A program made the translations under genes and the position numbers. Shown here piece by piece: positions 10,129 through 23,569 of a stretch of DNA of 64,000 bases. The stretch is from Hormiphora californensis. Its lineage: Eukaryota; Animalia; Ctenophora. The stretch lies in NCBI GenBank assembly GCA_020137815.1, contig CM035359.1:4278001-4342000 (forward strand), in the 5' to 3' direction. A model generated the notes under the pieces. It saw only the letters and a list, made by a program, of their open reading frames with translations. It made no database searches and was not told where the DNA came from. Each line of letters starts with the position of its first letter. The stretch's first letter is position 1.

Positions 10129-12974
10129 TCACGAAGGAAGAATGAGATCCACGGTGACCAGATGAGAAAAAGCCTCAGAAGGGAGAAGTATCAAAAAGTA
10201 TCCTGGTAAAAATCGCAATCGTCTCGTTCTAAATAGAAAACAAAACACAAACACTAAAACTAAAACAGTACATAAGACAGGGAACTCCAAAAGTCTTGAC
10301 ACTGTCAACTTAGGGCCGGTATGGGAAATATGATCCACTTCAGAAGTGTGGAGGAACTGGAGCTGGTGACGTAGTAACAAACTGAGAACTATCAAACCCA
10401 GGGCTGTGTTGTGCTCCGAGCATGTATCTGAAGAGAGAGAGGAACAGTGGGTTAAACATGTTAAATGTCTGTAATGAAACAGCACAATATCAATTATTGC
10501 AACCCCCAATTAAGATTGAATGCGAAACAACATGGGCTGAAACACAATTAAAGGGATGCACTAGGTTATCATAGGTTACTGTGTGCCCTCACCCCTCACC
10601 CGCTATCCCTGAAACGAATCAATTGTAACATGGTGTATCCCTTTATATGATAATTTACACAATAAAATGATATAATTTACCATCAACTATCTCATCAGAT
10701 AGCAACCTCCTTCCCATCTGGTGGGAGGCAAGTTTAACATGACGAGGCTGCATCGTCTCCTCGGTGTAACACCCCGTATAGTCCTGCCATAGGAATATGG
10801 GCTCCAGGATAGCGGGGGAGTAGAAATCCTGGTAATTCATCATCATTCCTATCATAACCATCTCGGTATACAGATCGTACCTGCAGGAGAATACATGTTG
10901 TAGTAAACAGTTTATTGGTTCTAACCCTGAGAGGGTAACCCTCTCAGCGTTAGAATGTAGAACAACACATAACCATCTCATAATTATGAGATTATAAGCG
11001 AGGCGCTTACACATTGTACAGACACAACCACCAAGAATGGCAGTTCATGACGTATTTGTCTCGGAACAACACAGGAATTTTGTAAGAGTTTTAAAACCTT
11101 ACCATCCTTTTAGAATTGTAGGTTTCAATCGCTGGTAAATCTTTTCCATCAGATTGTCGATAATGACTGCTGTTGTGTTCTGATCGGTTTGTCTGTCTAA
11201 CTCTTCAATTCTACTACTGCACCCTTTCACCTGAATTTAACTTGTTTACAAATTCACAAAGGATTTAACGAACAGTTTTTTCACAAATCCAAAAAATTTC
11301 TGAGGCCGATATATATCCAACTTCGGGTACAAAAGAAGCATGTTACCTGGGCCAGGATGAAAAATAGAAGTTGGTGGGTCAATTGATAATCCTCAGAGCC
11401 CCCACTCGTCATTTGTGAGTAACAATCCATTGATATCAGGCATGGTTTACGTGCTAAAAAGTAAATATGTTGAATCTTTCAACAAACTTTTGAAACCCAT
11501 ATGGGTTTCCATTGTTAGTGTTACCGAGAATTAGGTACCAATATTGGTACCTAATTCTCGGTAACACTAACAATGGAAAAATGGTGATCGTTTACCAACG
11601 GCTGTGCAAGTGAACTGTGAAACTCCGTGGAAACCGTGGCGATCCCTTATACTTACTTTTATTTCCAAGTATCTCTAGCATGCATTCATCACTCAGCTTG
11701 TCCGTGTACGTTTCTTCGTACTTTTCGGGTCGTGGTTCGACATCCTTGTGAAACAGGGAACGGGGATGGATGTAAAAGTTGCCAATGTAGTATTTAAATG
11801 CAACCAAGTTGTGGAAATTCTCGTGATACCTGGAATGGTAACAGGATGTTATTAATATTGTTACTTAATGTTTAAACAGAATCATAATCGCAGTAGAACT
11901 GGGACTGGGAGTTTCAACTTAAGATTTACATCATGTTTAGGATTTAAACAGAATCATAACGTTTCACAGCCATGCTGCTCGGTGCTCACATAACAGAGGT
12001 CAGACCGTATGGAAAATAGCCAGATATCACATATATACATGTGATATAATACGACGATCATGTGTTCCATATATGGCCACATTACAAATACGGCCGTTAT
12101 CTTACGAGTCGTTGGTGTGCTGAAAGCTAAGAACAACGTCAACAAGATCAGCTAACTTATCCACCCTCCTTCGGAGCACCTCCAACCTGATCTGCAGCTC
12201 GTGCGGGATAGCGGTGTTTAAACTCATCACTTCAATCTCACCTGGGATATATAGAGGTAAAACTAAAAATACCAATATTCGAAAGCTGCTATTATAGGAC
12301 CCAGGCTTGAGGCTCGGAAATCGCGGTAATGTAGAGAAAACGATAACTGCAATAGTTCACTTGAGTAAGCCGAGTACTGGGGGCAGCTATAGGTATGTAT
12401 CAGGAACCGACCGAATCAGGAAATACTGGTCCCTGATTGGCTGATAACCAGTCACGTGACCTAAATAACGAGTTCTGATTGGTTGTTTACTTAATCCGGT
12501 CGGTTCCTGGTATGTATATAATGGGGGGGGGGCTTTGATTAGAGTCGCGTTTTGGGAGTTTTTTACAATTTTTTTGGCTCAAGCCTCATTTGTTCATCTG
12601 AGCAGCGTTATACGCAAACCCGAGGAACCAATATCTAGCTATAGACAACGCCAAGAGTAATGATCAAAATATGGTTGTCTGGAGCTTTTGTTAATTTGTT
12701 ATGTGACCGGATCTCAGCCAATAAAATCCACAAAAGACTCAAGATATTGACTGGGCTATTCCTGAATTATTTTCGTACCTTGTGCTACCCGAATACTGAA
12801 AAGAAAGTCGGTAATTAGAAGATAGTAGTGTGATTTAGCCCAACCAAGAATATCCTCTAGCGCCGTGATTGTTTCCTCAACTTGTAAAGAAGTAACGCCG
12901 TGGGAATCTTTTGTTTGACATGTTGAGGAGAACAGTACTAGCAGTGCCAATGTCACTACCACGCTACATTTCAT
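10129..12974 (-). CDS. C16orf89: UPF0764 / C16orf89 homolog with signal peptide and C-terminal hydrophobic segment
   Basis: Phase-consistent exons 12974-12779, 12241-12106, 11829-11657, 11453-11347, 11230-11103, 10880-10681, 10427-10129. Motifs SDECMLEILG, CLISMDCYSQMT..YQLTHQLLFF, DLYTEMVM..DFY..IFLWQ..GCY and CSEHNTA match the C16orf89 family. Confidence 0.85.
12401..12509. mobile_element. 109-bp hAT-type MITE (CAGGAACCGACCG); copies at 37712-37820, partial ~36878-36958, garbled ~58430-58520
   Basis: TIRs with a perfect 8-bp TSD GTATGTAT; the copy at 37712 has TSD ATACGCA(G/T). Confidence 0.9.
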
Positions 12975-13059
12975 CTTCTGTGGGAGGAGAAAACAAAGGG
13001 TGAATTACCATTCTTTTTTAAGTCTTCAGTTTGTGCCAAAGTCTTGCATTGCTCGAACC

Positions 13060-13710
13060 TTGGTGACATAGACACCGTGCGCGACCAAAATTGAGCTCAC
13101 ACACAGGTGTCTGCTCCGCCCCAAAAAGGGTCGTTTCTTTCAAGGGATGTTGCACGCGATCCACTGGACCGATTTGCATCCGGTTTGTCGCAAAAGACTA
13201 CAAATGATCCTAATATACTGGAAAATACCCTAGAAGTTTGTCTGTCAACAGGAAGTGGGTCAAAATTGACACTGAAGTCAAACCTATAATCTGGCTTCCG
13301 AGAGTTTCTGCACTACGCCCATGCGATTTAGAAGATAATTGGGAGATATGTTGATGCAATTAGCATCAGCTGTTAATGCCGGGTATTTTCCAGTAGTCAC
13401 AAGAGTTAAACCTATCTCCTGATACCCTCAGATTCATTCTACACCGTCTGGGAGTGGTGCAAAAAGGCTTGGAAGCCAGATTATAGGTTTGACTTCAGTG
13501 TCAATTTTGACCCACTTCCTGTTGACAGACAAACTTCTCTGGTATTTTCCAGTATATTAGGATCATTTGTAGTCTTTTGCGACAAACCGGATGCAAATCG
13601 GTCAAGTGGATCGCGTGCAACATCCCTTGAAAGAAACGACCCTTTTTGAGGCGGAGTAGACACCTGTGTGTGAGCTCAATCTTGGTCGCGCACGGTGTCT
13701 ATGTCACCAA
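13060..13710. mobile_element. MITE with ~235-bp TIRs (TTGGTGACATAGACACC family)
   Basis: Inverted arms give the mirror ORFs 13107..13289 and 13481..13663; same termini as the 54-bp element at 37090. Confidence 0.85.
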
Positions 13711-13825
13711 ATGTCACCAAATGATTGCCTATGCCCTATGCTATCATGGCTATTGTTTGAAACAATAGCTATAGGATTTTCATAGGGTAATGAATTTCCG
13801 ATCCTATTGTCTTCCATATATGAAA

Positions 13826-13932
13826 CCAGGAAACGACCGAACCGGGATTTTTACCACCGAACCGAACCGAATCGGAAAAAAAATTTACCGAACCGAACCG
13901 AATTTCGGTTACCGAACCGAACCGAACCGAAC
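13826..13932. repeat. (ACCGA)n subterminal repeats of a hAT-like element end
   Basis: CAGGAAACGACCGAACC followed by repeated ACCGA units. Confidence 0.5.
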
Positions 13933-14500
13933 GCACAGCAAATTTTTCATATTATATATTCGGGGCCTGGCAAGGCCCCCCGACACGAAAATAACCCAAA
14001 CACAACCCATCCCCCCTAAAACAACGGGGCCGAGCCGACAGGCCCTTAATATTATTAATACCAGATATAAAAAAACCATAAACCATAAACCATAACTAGT
14101 CCTAGGCATTTGCGTAAAAAAGTGCCCGTTTCAGGAATTTTTAGATAACCATGCGAAACCTTCACTAAAAGTATGCTATAGGTCCCTAGAATCACCAAAA
14201 AAAAGTTTACCACTTAAACTTCCCCAGAACATCTCTTAATTTGGCGTTAATTGGGTATAATTGGCTAATAATGAATTCAAAATTCAAAATCGTCGTAGAA
14301 GGTCGTAATTGGTCGCAATCGTTCAGAAATATTATTCTAATCATCTTTAAATCATGATATTGACCCAATTATGTAAATTTGGTGCCTAATTTGGCGTTAA
14401 TTGGGTCAAATTGGGTCTAAATTGGGCAAAAATTCAAAATCGTTGTAGACGGTCGTGGTTGGTCGCAATCGTTCAGAAATATTATTCTTATCACCTTTAA

Positions 14501-17497
14501 CCCTTTGACGGCGACAGAGCATATATGCTACAGTCTATTCTAGGCGGCCTGGAAGTCCTTATGTTTTATCTAGGTGGCCCATATTTTGTCACGAGCTAGT
14601 TTTAGGAATTATGAACCTAAAACCACGTCCAGATCAGCTCAGAAAATCAAGAAAAAATTTTTATAGCCCCTCTAAGGAGGCTTATTTCGGCCTTTTTTTA
14701 AAAACATTTCTCATTTTTTTGTTTTTTGGGGGCACAACTAATCCTTTGAAGGAATAAAAGTGCTCGACATAACCGACCGAATGCAAAAAGCCGCATCAAA
14801 AAATATTGAAAATTGAATGAGTTATTAACATTTAAGGCGCCGTATCATATATGATACTATCGCCCGTAAGGGAATTCTAGTAACAAATATAAATTGTACA
14901 AGTTTGTGGGTGCTATGGCATAAATTTATGCTTTCATGTGGTATATAGCTACAAGTTCTACAATCGTGAACGGTTTTTACCAGGAAAAGAACCCAAATTA
15001 GAGATTTGTATCATATATGATACTATCGTCCTAAGGGTAAATTCTCCTAAAACATACATAATTCGGGCTAGAAAAGGAGCTAAGAGACAAATGGGGGCAC
15101 TAAAATGTGTAGAATCATCGCATTAGTGGGGGTAGAGCACATATTTAGGTCGCTATCTGGATCCCTAATTGAGATAATTGGATAATTAGCTAATTATCTG
15201 TCCCGCGTGTGCTAATTATTCGTGAAACTTTGCTCTGGGAAGGAGTTATGAGACAAATGGGGGCACTAAAATGTGTAGAATCATCAAATTAGTGGGGGTA
15301 GAGCACATATTTAGGTCGCTATCTGGATCCATAATTGAGATAATTGGATAATTAGCTAATTAGTTGCCCTGGAGCGCTAATAAATGAGACTAGGCGGAGT
15401 ATACAAGACAAGTGAGGGCACTAAAATGTGTAAAATCATCGCCTTAGCGGGGGTAGAGCACATAGCTGAGTTTCTATTCCCACTCCTAATTGAGATAATT
15501 GGATAATTAGCTAATTGACGGTTGCACACCGTCCACTTTTCACCAAATCCCGTGGTTTCTAGGTAATCCTGAGCTCTTTTGCTCAATCTAAGGATCTTCT
15601 GACAACCCCTAACCCCATTTGTATCACCTTTGACTCGTTTTACACAATAGTATAGCACTCGATACAACCATAGACACTGCCTTCAGCTCTTTAGAACCCT
15701 CTTGCTCCATCCTAGACCTCACATACATCCAAGATCCAACTACAATCCTATAGAATTTTTATATCCTATTGCTCCTACAACACGTTCAACCCCTAATATA
15801 CTACAGTTTCCCATATTTATTGTTTGGACACACGGTTATAGGGGTTTAGGGATATTAGGGACTGTCAGAAGATCCTTAGATTGAGCAAAAGAGCTCAGGA
15901 TTACCTAGAAACCACGGGATTTGGTGAAAAGTGGACGGTGTGCAACCGTCAATTAGCTAATTATCCAATTATCTCAATTAGGAGTGGGAATAGAAACTCA
16001 GCCATGTGCTCTACCCCCGCTAAGGCGATGATTTTACACATTTTAGTGCCCTCACTTGTCTTGTATAGGGGGGTACGTCACCTTTTTTTTTGCCCACTGC
16101 CCACATTATTCTTAAATTTTGAATTTGCCCACATGGGCAAAAGTGGGCAAAAGTGGGCAAAAGTAGGCAAAAAATTTAAATCCATAAAAAATATATGCTA
16201 TCAACCAGGTAATCGTCTGTGACCAAGGTTTTTCACTACCAATGTCCTCCTAGAGGTCCCCCCTATCGATTCCAACCGATAATTTATTTGCTCAGGGTTG
16301 ATAAGGCTCCATATCCAACTGGGAAAATGGGCAAAATATGTTGGCAAAATTAGGAAAATTGGTCATTTTAGGCACGTTTCTCACATGGTTGGAGTGGAAA
16401 ATTTTTCTGGTTTTTCTGGGGCCCCATTGGAGTACAATGCAAGTGGAAAACCTTTGTTATGTATCAGTTCCCTAAATAGCCCCAAAATGACGAAAAATCA
16501 CTGGCCTTTGCCAAATTTTTTTGCCCACTTTTGTCCAGTCGGACATGGAGCCTTATCAACCCTAAGTCATAATTAAGTACATTAATTATCGGTTGGAATC
16601 GATAGAGGGGACCTCTTGGAAGACATTGGAGGTGAAAAACATTTGTCACAAAGCGTTTTCTGGTAAAGTTTTGATGCTTATAATATTTTTGCCCACTTTT
16701 TGCCCACTTTGCCCACATTATACCTGTTTTTTGAGATTTTGGTTTGCCCATGTGGGCAAATGTGGGCAAAAGTGGGCAAAATAAAAGGTGACGTACCCCC
16801 CCTTGTATACTCCGCCTAGTCTCATTTATTAGCGCTCCAGGGCAACTAATTAGCTAATTATCCAATTATCTCAATTATGGATCCAGATAGCGACCTAAAT
16901 ATGTGCTCTACCCCCACTAATTTGATGATTCTACACATTTTAGTGCCCCCATTTGTCTCATAACTCCTTCCCAGAGCAAAGTTTCACGAATAATTAGCAC
17001 ACGCGGGACAGATAATTAGCTAATTATCCAATTATCTCAATTAGGGATCCAGATAGCGACCTAAATATGTGCTCTACCCCCACTAATGCGATGATTCTAC
17101 ACATTTTAGTGCCCCCATTTGTCTCTTAGCTCCTTTTCTAGCCCGAATTATGTATGTTTTAGGAGAATTTACCCTTAGGACGATAGTATCATATATGATA
17201 CAAATCTCTAATTTGGGTTCTTTTCCTGGTAAAAACCGTTCACGATTGTAGAACTTGTAGCTATATACCACATGAAAGCATAAATTTATGCCATAGCACC
17301 CACAAACTTGTACAATTTATATTTGTTACTAGAATTCCCTTACGGGCGATAGTATCATATATGCTACAGTGGGCCCAGCAAAAACTACATGTCGGAATTA
17401 CAAATTTCCTTTTCGAGGCGTTTTGTGTTGATAATATCTACTTATAAACGAAAAATTAGACAATTCTATCGAGCCAATCCTTCTCGCCGTCAAAGGG
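14501..17497. mobile_element. piggyBac-like non-autonomous element with internal inverted arms (14846-15604 / 15863-17363)
   Basis: TTAA|CCCTTTGACGGCGA...TCGCCGTCAAAGGG|TTAA; the empty TTAA site is visible in the opposite arm (~19461); a 5' fragment also occurs at 25881-25921. Confidence 0.85.
16068..16801. mobile_element. MITE with GGGGGGTACGTCACC TIR and 8-bp TSD (Merlin/hAT-like)
   Basis: TSD CTTGTATA on both sides; empty site in the mirror arm near 15400; internal TTTGCCCA repeats. Confidence 0.88.
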
Positions 17498-19926
17498 TTA
17501 AAACATATTAGTGACTCAGCTCTGCCAAATTGGTGCGTAATTGGCCCTAATTGGGCGTAATTGGCTAAAAGTTAAGCTTTTTTACGTTAGAACAAGAATG
17601 TAAATTGTCGCCCTGACTGGGGAAACAATTTGGAACATCAAAATTCCTTCACCAACGTGTCCCTAAGGGTCTTCTGGAACACCTCTGAGCTTTGTTACTT
17701 GCGGGTTGAGGGGCAACATGGTCATTTCCGGGTGTGTGTGCCACCTGTAACTTCAGGCAGAGCCAAATATTGTAAAGAATTTTAGAATTGGAGTGGAGAT
17801 TAAAATCAGGATACTAAAGTATGTAGCGTCCTCGCATTAGTGGGGGTAGACACCCATGAAAAGTGGTTATTTGGTTAATTAGATAATTTGATAATTAGAT
17901 GTATGCATATCCGTGTTTCAGCTATTATATGGCTTAAAAAGTTCATGATACTATGACCGAACATGTTATGTGGCTTAGATCAGACCTGTGAATGATCCTG
18001 AGGCCCTGCCTGATACCCCTCATACCCTGCTAGATACCTTTCAGATGTAGCTAGATACCGGAGATACCCCTAGAACCCCCTAAATACCCCTATAACCCTA
18101 CTAGGAACCACTCAGACCCCACCAGATACCCCTCAGAGTCTACAAGATGCCCCTGAGATTCTACTAAGTACCCCTCAGACCCCATTAGATGCCCCTTTAA
18201 GAGTTGAGACCCTTCTAGATACCCCCAGAGCATCCTAGATACCCATATTATAGTTCTAGAACTCCTTAGACCCTGCTAGATATCACTCAGATCTTTATAG
18301 ATAGGTACCTCTTAGACAGATATTAATAAGGGGACTCTTAGAAGTGTAAACGGTGTAGAGGCACTGGGGTAACAGGGATTCCTTTCATATCAGACACTTC
18401 TAGCTTCTTATCACTCTCATAGACACCCCTCAGAGCATCTTAGACACCCTTGAAATAATCTACTTAGTAAGGTTTGAGGGGTCTATGGGGTATCTAATCT
18501 GGTCTGAGGAATTTTGAGAGATATCTACAACAAGGGTCTAAGACGTTAGAGGTATCTAGAAGGGTCTAATGGATGTCTAGTAGAGTCTGAGTGGATCTGA
18601 TGGGTATCTAGTACGGTATGATGGGCGTCTACAGTGGTCTGAAGGGATATCTAGCAAGACCCGAGTGCAGTGATATCTAGCAGGGTCTAAGGGGTATCTA
18701 GAACTATAATATGGGTATCTAGGATGCTCTGGGGGTATCTAGAAGGGTCTCAACTCTTAAAGGGGCATCTAATGGGGTCTGAGGGGTACTTAGTAGAATC
18801 TCAGGGGCATCTTGTAGACTCTGAGGGGTATCTGGTGGGGTCTGAGTGGTTCCTAGTAGGGTTATAGGGGTATTTAGGGGGTTCTAGGGGTATCTCCGGT
18901 ATCTAGCTACATCTGAAAGGTATCTAGCAGGGTATGAGGGGTATCAGGCAGGGCCTCAGGATCATTCACAGGTCTGATCTAAGCCACATAACATGTTCGG
19001 TCATAGTATCATGAACTTTTTAAGCCATATAATAGCTGAAACACGGATATGCATACATCTAATTATCAAATTATCTAATTAACCAAATGAGATAGGCACT
19101 TTTCATGGGTGTCTACCCCCACTAATGCGAGGACGCTACATACTTTAGTATCCTGATTTTAATCTCTACTCCAATTCTAAAATTCTTTACAATATTTGGC
19201 TCTGCCTGAAGTTACAGGTGGCACACACACCCGGAAATGACCATGTTGCCCCTCAACCCGCAAGTAACAAAGCTCAGAGGTGTTCCAGAAGACCCTTAGG
19301 GACACGTTGGTGAAGGAATTTTGATGTTCCAAATTGTTTCCCCAGTCAGGGCGACAATTTACATTCTTTTTCTAACGTAAAAAAGCTTAACTTTTAGCCA
19401 ATTACGCCCAATTAGGGCCAATTACGCACCAATTTGGCAGAGCTGAGTCACTAATATGTTTTAAAGGTGATAAGAATAATATTTCTGAACGATTGCGACC
19501 AACCACGACCGTCTACAACGATTTTGAATTTTTGCCCAATTTAGACCCAATTTGACCCAATTAACGCCAAATTAGGCACCAAATTTACATACTTGGGTCA
19601 ATATCATGATTTAAAGATGATTAGAATAATATTTCTGAACGATTGCGACCAATTACGACCTTCTACGACGATTTTGAATTTTGAATTCATTATTAGCCAA
19701 TTATACCCAATTAACGCCAAATTAAGAGATGTTCTGGGGAAGTTTAAGTAGTAAACTTTTTTTTGGTGATTCTAGGGACCTATAGCATACTTTTAGTGAA
19801 GGTCTCGCATGGTTATCTAAAAATTCCTGCATTTGACTCAAATGCCTAGGACTAAACCATAAACCATAGATATTTTTAGAGTGAAAGTTTTGAAGCCCCG
19901 CGTTTTGGTCGAGTATTATTATTACA

Positions 19927-20360
19927 CTAGAAAGCCCATTGTTAAGTCCTACAACAGCCCCCCCCACCCGTCTTTATGCCCCCCTCTTACTCTTCGTCTC
20001 TCCATGTCGGGGTAAAGAATACGGAGGTTGGTATAGTGGTAGAGCGCCGGTGATAAACATCAAGGGAAATCCCGCTGAATAACATGTAGAATCAGGTGGT
20101 AAAGATCCGTAGAATTGTAGCTGTGTAGAGAATCAACGGTAGGTAGAAAGGCTTTGGCAATCATGGCGGCCTCAGCAGTAGATCCCAAAACACCACAGGA
20201 AATCCACAGGAACTCGCAACAAACAAACAATAATATGCACGTGCAGTATCCCCCCTCCAATACCCATCCCAAGCCACCTCCTTGGCAACCCCCCTCTATT
20301 TGCACGTGTGGATAGGTCATCATACTCACCACGACGTTCATTTGCTTATTATAATAAGGA
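19927..20360 (-). mobile_element. Third copy of the ~435-bp Helitron
   Basis: Same TC...CTAG ends and A|T target as 2605-3478. Confidence 0.75.
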
Positions 20361-20999
20361 TATTACAGTCGGACCCCGATTTACCGGGATCCTCGGGGGA
20401 AGCCATTTTGCCCGGTAAATCGGGGTGCCCGGTATATCGGGGTAGAGCATATTTGACCCATAAAATTTGTTGTCCAAAATTCTATACCAAGACACCTCTT
20501 ACTGTATAGTATACATTTATTGATGACAATATGATCATTGCTTCTGTCATTAGAAATATAAAATTTAAAAAATTCAAAAAAAATTGTAAAAACTTTTTCT
20601 AAGGTAAACCACCCCGACCGAGTCAGAATCGTGTTTTGAATCGGTGCATCTTATCGCATGTCCTGCCGCTTATTAGACGGTTTGAAACGAACCGATACGT
20701 GATACCATGCCAGGGTCAGGAAGTATCAAAGTTTCAAAATAACTTTTTCTCTGAAAATTTACGGGGAGCATCGATAAAAGCATTGACAATGATCTCTATT
20801 ATAATTTGGAGATGAACGTCGAAGTGGTGGTCGTTCGTTAGGCGGTATCTAAGCGACAGTCTGCTCCTTCATTAAGAATTTCAATGGCGTGTTGTGACGA
20901 AATACAGCTGTGATGTAATTTTGGGCAACTGGGAATTGCGCGTGCACAGGACACAGGAACGGCAGTCAAAATTTCTTTTTAATTTCAACCCGGCGCGTT

Positions 21000-21797
21000 C
21001 CTGACACGTCATATGTTGGTCGAGGTGTCGTCATAGGTGCTATAGGGACACCTTCTATTCGCACACTTCTCTCAGATCTCCTGCTATCAGATCACATCAA
21101 CCTATTTAGTACCCCTGTCAGTGACACCCCTGTCAGTGTCACATGTCTCACAGTCATCAGCTCTGTACTCACATGTCTTTGTGACATGTATTCCACACCC
21201 ATTATTATGGGAGTGTCGAATGGAACTATGATGGAAAACTCAAAGCCGGGCAACAAAATACGTTAAACAGCCGGCCTTCTTCTTGGGAGCAGGTGTTTAA
21301 ACTCTTATGGCAGTTAGTAATTATTTCGGAACATAATTTAGCAATTCAGTCTCCATAGTTACCGATTTAGTTGCCATGGCAACCATCAATTAATGACTAA
21401 TGTGGGAATAAAGAGGGCCACCCGGCTCTTCGTGGAAAAAAATTTCAAAAAAGAGCCCCCCTAGAACGATAGACTAGACCTTTTTCTAGGCCCTGATTGT
21501 TTGGAAATCACTTGTACTGCTTCCTGGAATTGGCGCAGACGCCCCAAAAAATCGCTTTGAAATCACTTTTTTGCATAAGGGCTCTTGGTGAGATAAAAAT
21601 TCAAAAAAGAGCCCCCTTAGAACGATAGACTAGACCTTTTTCTAGGCCCTGATTGTTTGGAAATCACTTGTACTGCTTCCTGGAATTGGCGCCGATGCCG
21701 CGAAAAATCTCGTCGAAAACAGTTAAATTTCGAGAAAGAGAACCCTAGGTGGTTTGTGAACAATCCTTATTTGAGGCGCACCCAATGGGTGCGCTAG
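21000..21797 (+). mobile_element. Helitron-like element with an internal ~155-bp tandem duplication
   Basis: 3' hairpin GCGCACCCA-A-TGGGTGCGC running into CTAG|T (21776-21798); duplicated block within ~21440-21715; 5' boundary approximate. Confidence 0.45.
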
Positions 21798-22373
21798 TGA
21801 TCTATATTACAAAGAAATTATCTGAATTTGAATTCTATGTGAAGCTAATAGAAAATCCGAAGTAAAGTGGGAAAGTGCAGTTGAAATTGCAGTGGTGGTA
21901 TAGTTCATGAGGAATCGACTTCCACGATAGCAAATCCATAAGCAACTTTAAAGCAGCTTCAGAAGTGGTTAACAAGTACAACTATAAAACTCATGCACAT
22001 GTATGTATAAGGTGTTCTTAGTTCTAGGAACTGCCGGGAACTCCTGCTAATGCATGTGAAATCAACGTGAAACCAGGCTTCATGAGATCTTCTTTTTAAC
22101 AGTGTACATGTACAATCAAATTCGACGAGAAAGGAAAGTCGACAAACGAAAACGTTCGATATTCTGGCTGACCGGTGCATTATCTATTTTAGGTTTAGGA
22201 TAGCGATTGCATTGGTTTGTAATTATGCAACACACCTACAATATAAATTAAGTGTTTAGTCCAACTATAAATCAAGCCCAACTATAAATCAAGCTGTGGA
22301 AGATGTAGGCTTTACCGGGATTACAAACTCTCCCTCCTGTCCGAGCTAATGTCTGTCTCGAAAATGGATGGGT

Positions 22374-22374
22374 C

Positions 22375-22471
<97 letters not shown>

Positions 22472-22476
22472 GTCTC

Positions 22477-22519
<43 letters not shown>

Positions 22520-22532
22520 GTCTCTCTCTCTC
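22374..22532. repeat. (CT)n microsatellite
   Basis: Read directly from the sequence. Confidence 0.95.
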
Positions 22533-22699
22533 TTTATTTATTAGTTGTGTTTGATTGTTCTCGTTTATCTTTATTACTCAACCAAAACGCGGAGTTTTTA
22601 CGACAGCTGACCCGAAACCGGGTTAAATTTGGCCATCCGCTGGTCTCAGGACCTCCAAATACGTCAAAATATGTTTAAATTATCATTTGGGATCATGCA

Positions 22700-23326
22700 G
22701 ACCTTTTAATTACATGTAATTACCCTTTAATTACATGTAATTACTTCCAATTACATTCCAATTACTTCAGCACCTCGAGAGCTTTCGAGCGCTACCTAGA
22801 ACACCTTTCTACTCCTTCTAATTGCCGAGATCTGCATACCCCTTATTTTGACTGTTTTTCGCGTCCTACCCCTTATAGGTTTGGGTATGGCCATCGCCAC
22901 ACCCCCTATACGTCGCGGGACCTCGAGACCTTTCCAACGAGCCATAGAACACCTCTCTACTACTTCAGGGGGCTTCAAAACTTTCACTCTAAAAATATCT
23001 ATGGTTATGGTTTTATGGTTTATGGTTTTTTTTCATCTGGTATTAAGGGCCTGTCGGCTCGGCCCCGTTGTTTTAGTTTTAGGGGGGATGTTTTAGGGGG
23101 GATGGGTTGAGTTTGGGTTATATTCGGGTCGGGGGGCCTTGCCAGGCCCCGAATATTCGGGTCGGGGGGCCTTGCCAGGCCCCGAATGGTTATGGTTTTT
23201 TTTTCATCTGGTATTAAGGGCCTGTCGGCTCGGCCCCGTTGTTTTAGTTTTAGGGGGGATGTTTTAGGGGGGATGGGTTGAGTTTGGGTTATATTCGGGT
23301 CGGGGGGCCTTGCCAGGCCCCGAATA
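22700..23326 (+). mobile_element. Helitron/DINE-like element with (ATGGTT)n tract and a repeated 3' stem-loop end
   Basis: TATTCGGG..CCCGAAT stem-loop occurs three times (23121-23326); a homologous split copy lies at ~13958-14096 plus 19855-19900. 5' boundary approximate. Confidence 0.5.
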
Positions 23327-23569
23327 ATACAACCAAGCTGGACAACTAAACAACTAGTTAAGCTTTATCGCGCAGGCAGAACTGCAAATTTCACTATGTA
23401 ATACTATATGAACAATCGACTTGATAAGCATGTTCATCCCACTCCTGCATCATTTCATGGCTAGACCATGTGCATGATAATAATCATGCATAAAGTTAAA
23501 CTAGAATTGGGGAGGGGTGTACGTGACATACACACGTGACATACACACGTGACATATACAGTCTGCCGA

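Larger units (their letters stand above)
14097..19854. mobile_element. Large foldback element (TAGTCCTAGGCATTTG termini, ~1.2-kb inverted arms) with nested insertions
   Basis: Left arm 14097-14500 plus 17501-~18290 is the reverse complement of ~18670-19854. It splits an ACCATA-repeat element whose intact relative lies at ~22965-23155. Confidence 0.85.

Noticed and set aside
22349-22678. SLSLSL / ERERER ORFs (also at 31556, 47191, 48426 and 61658)
   Set aside because: Translations of CT/GA microsatellites.
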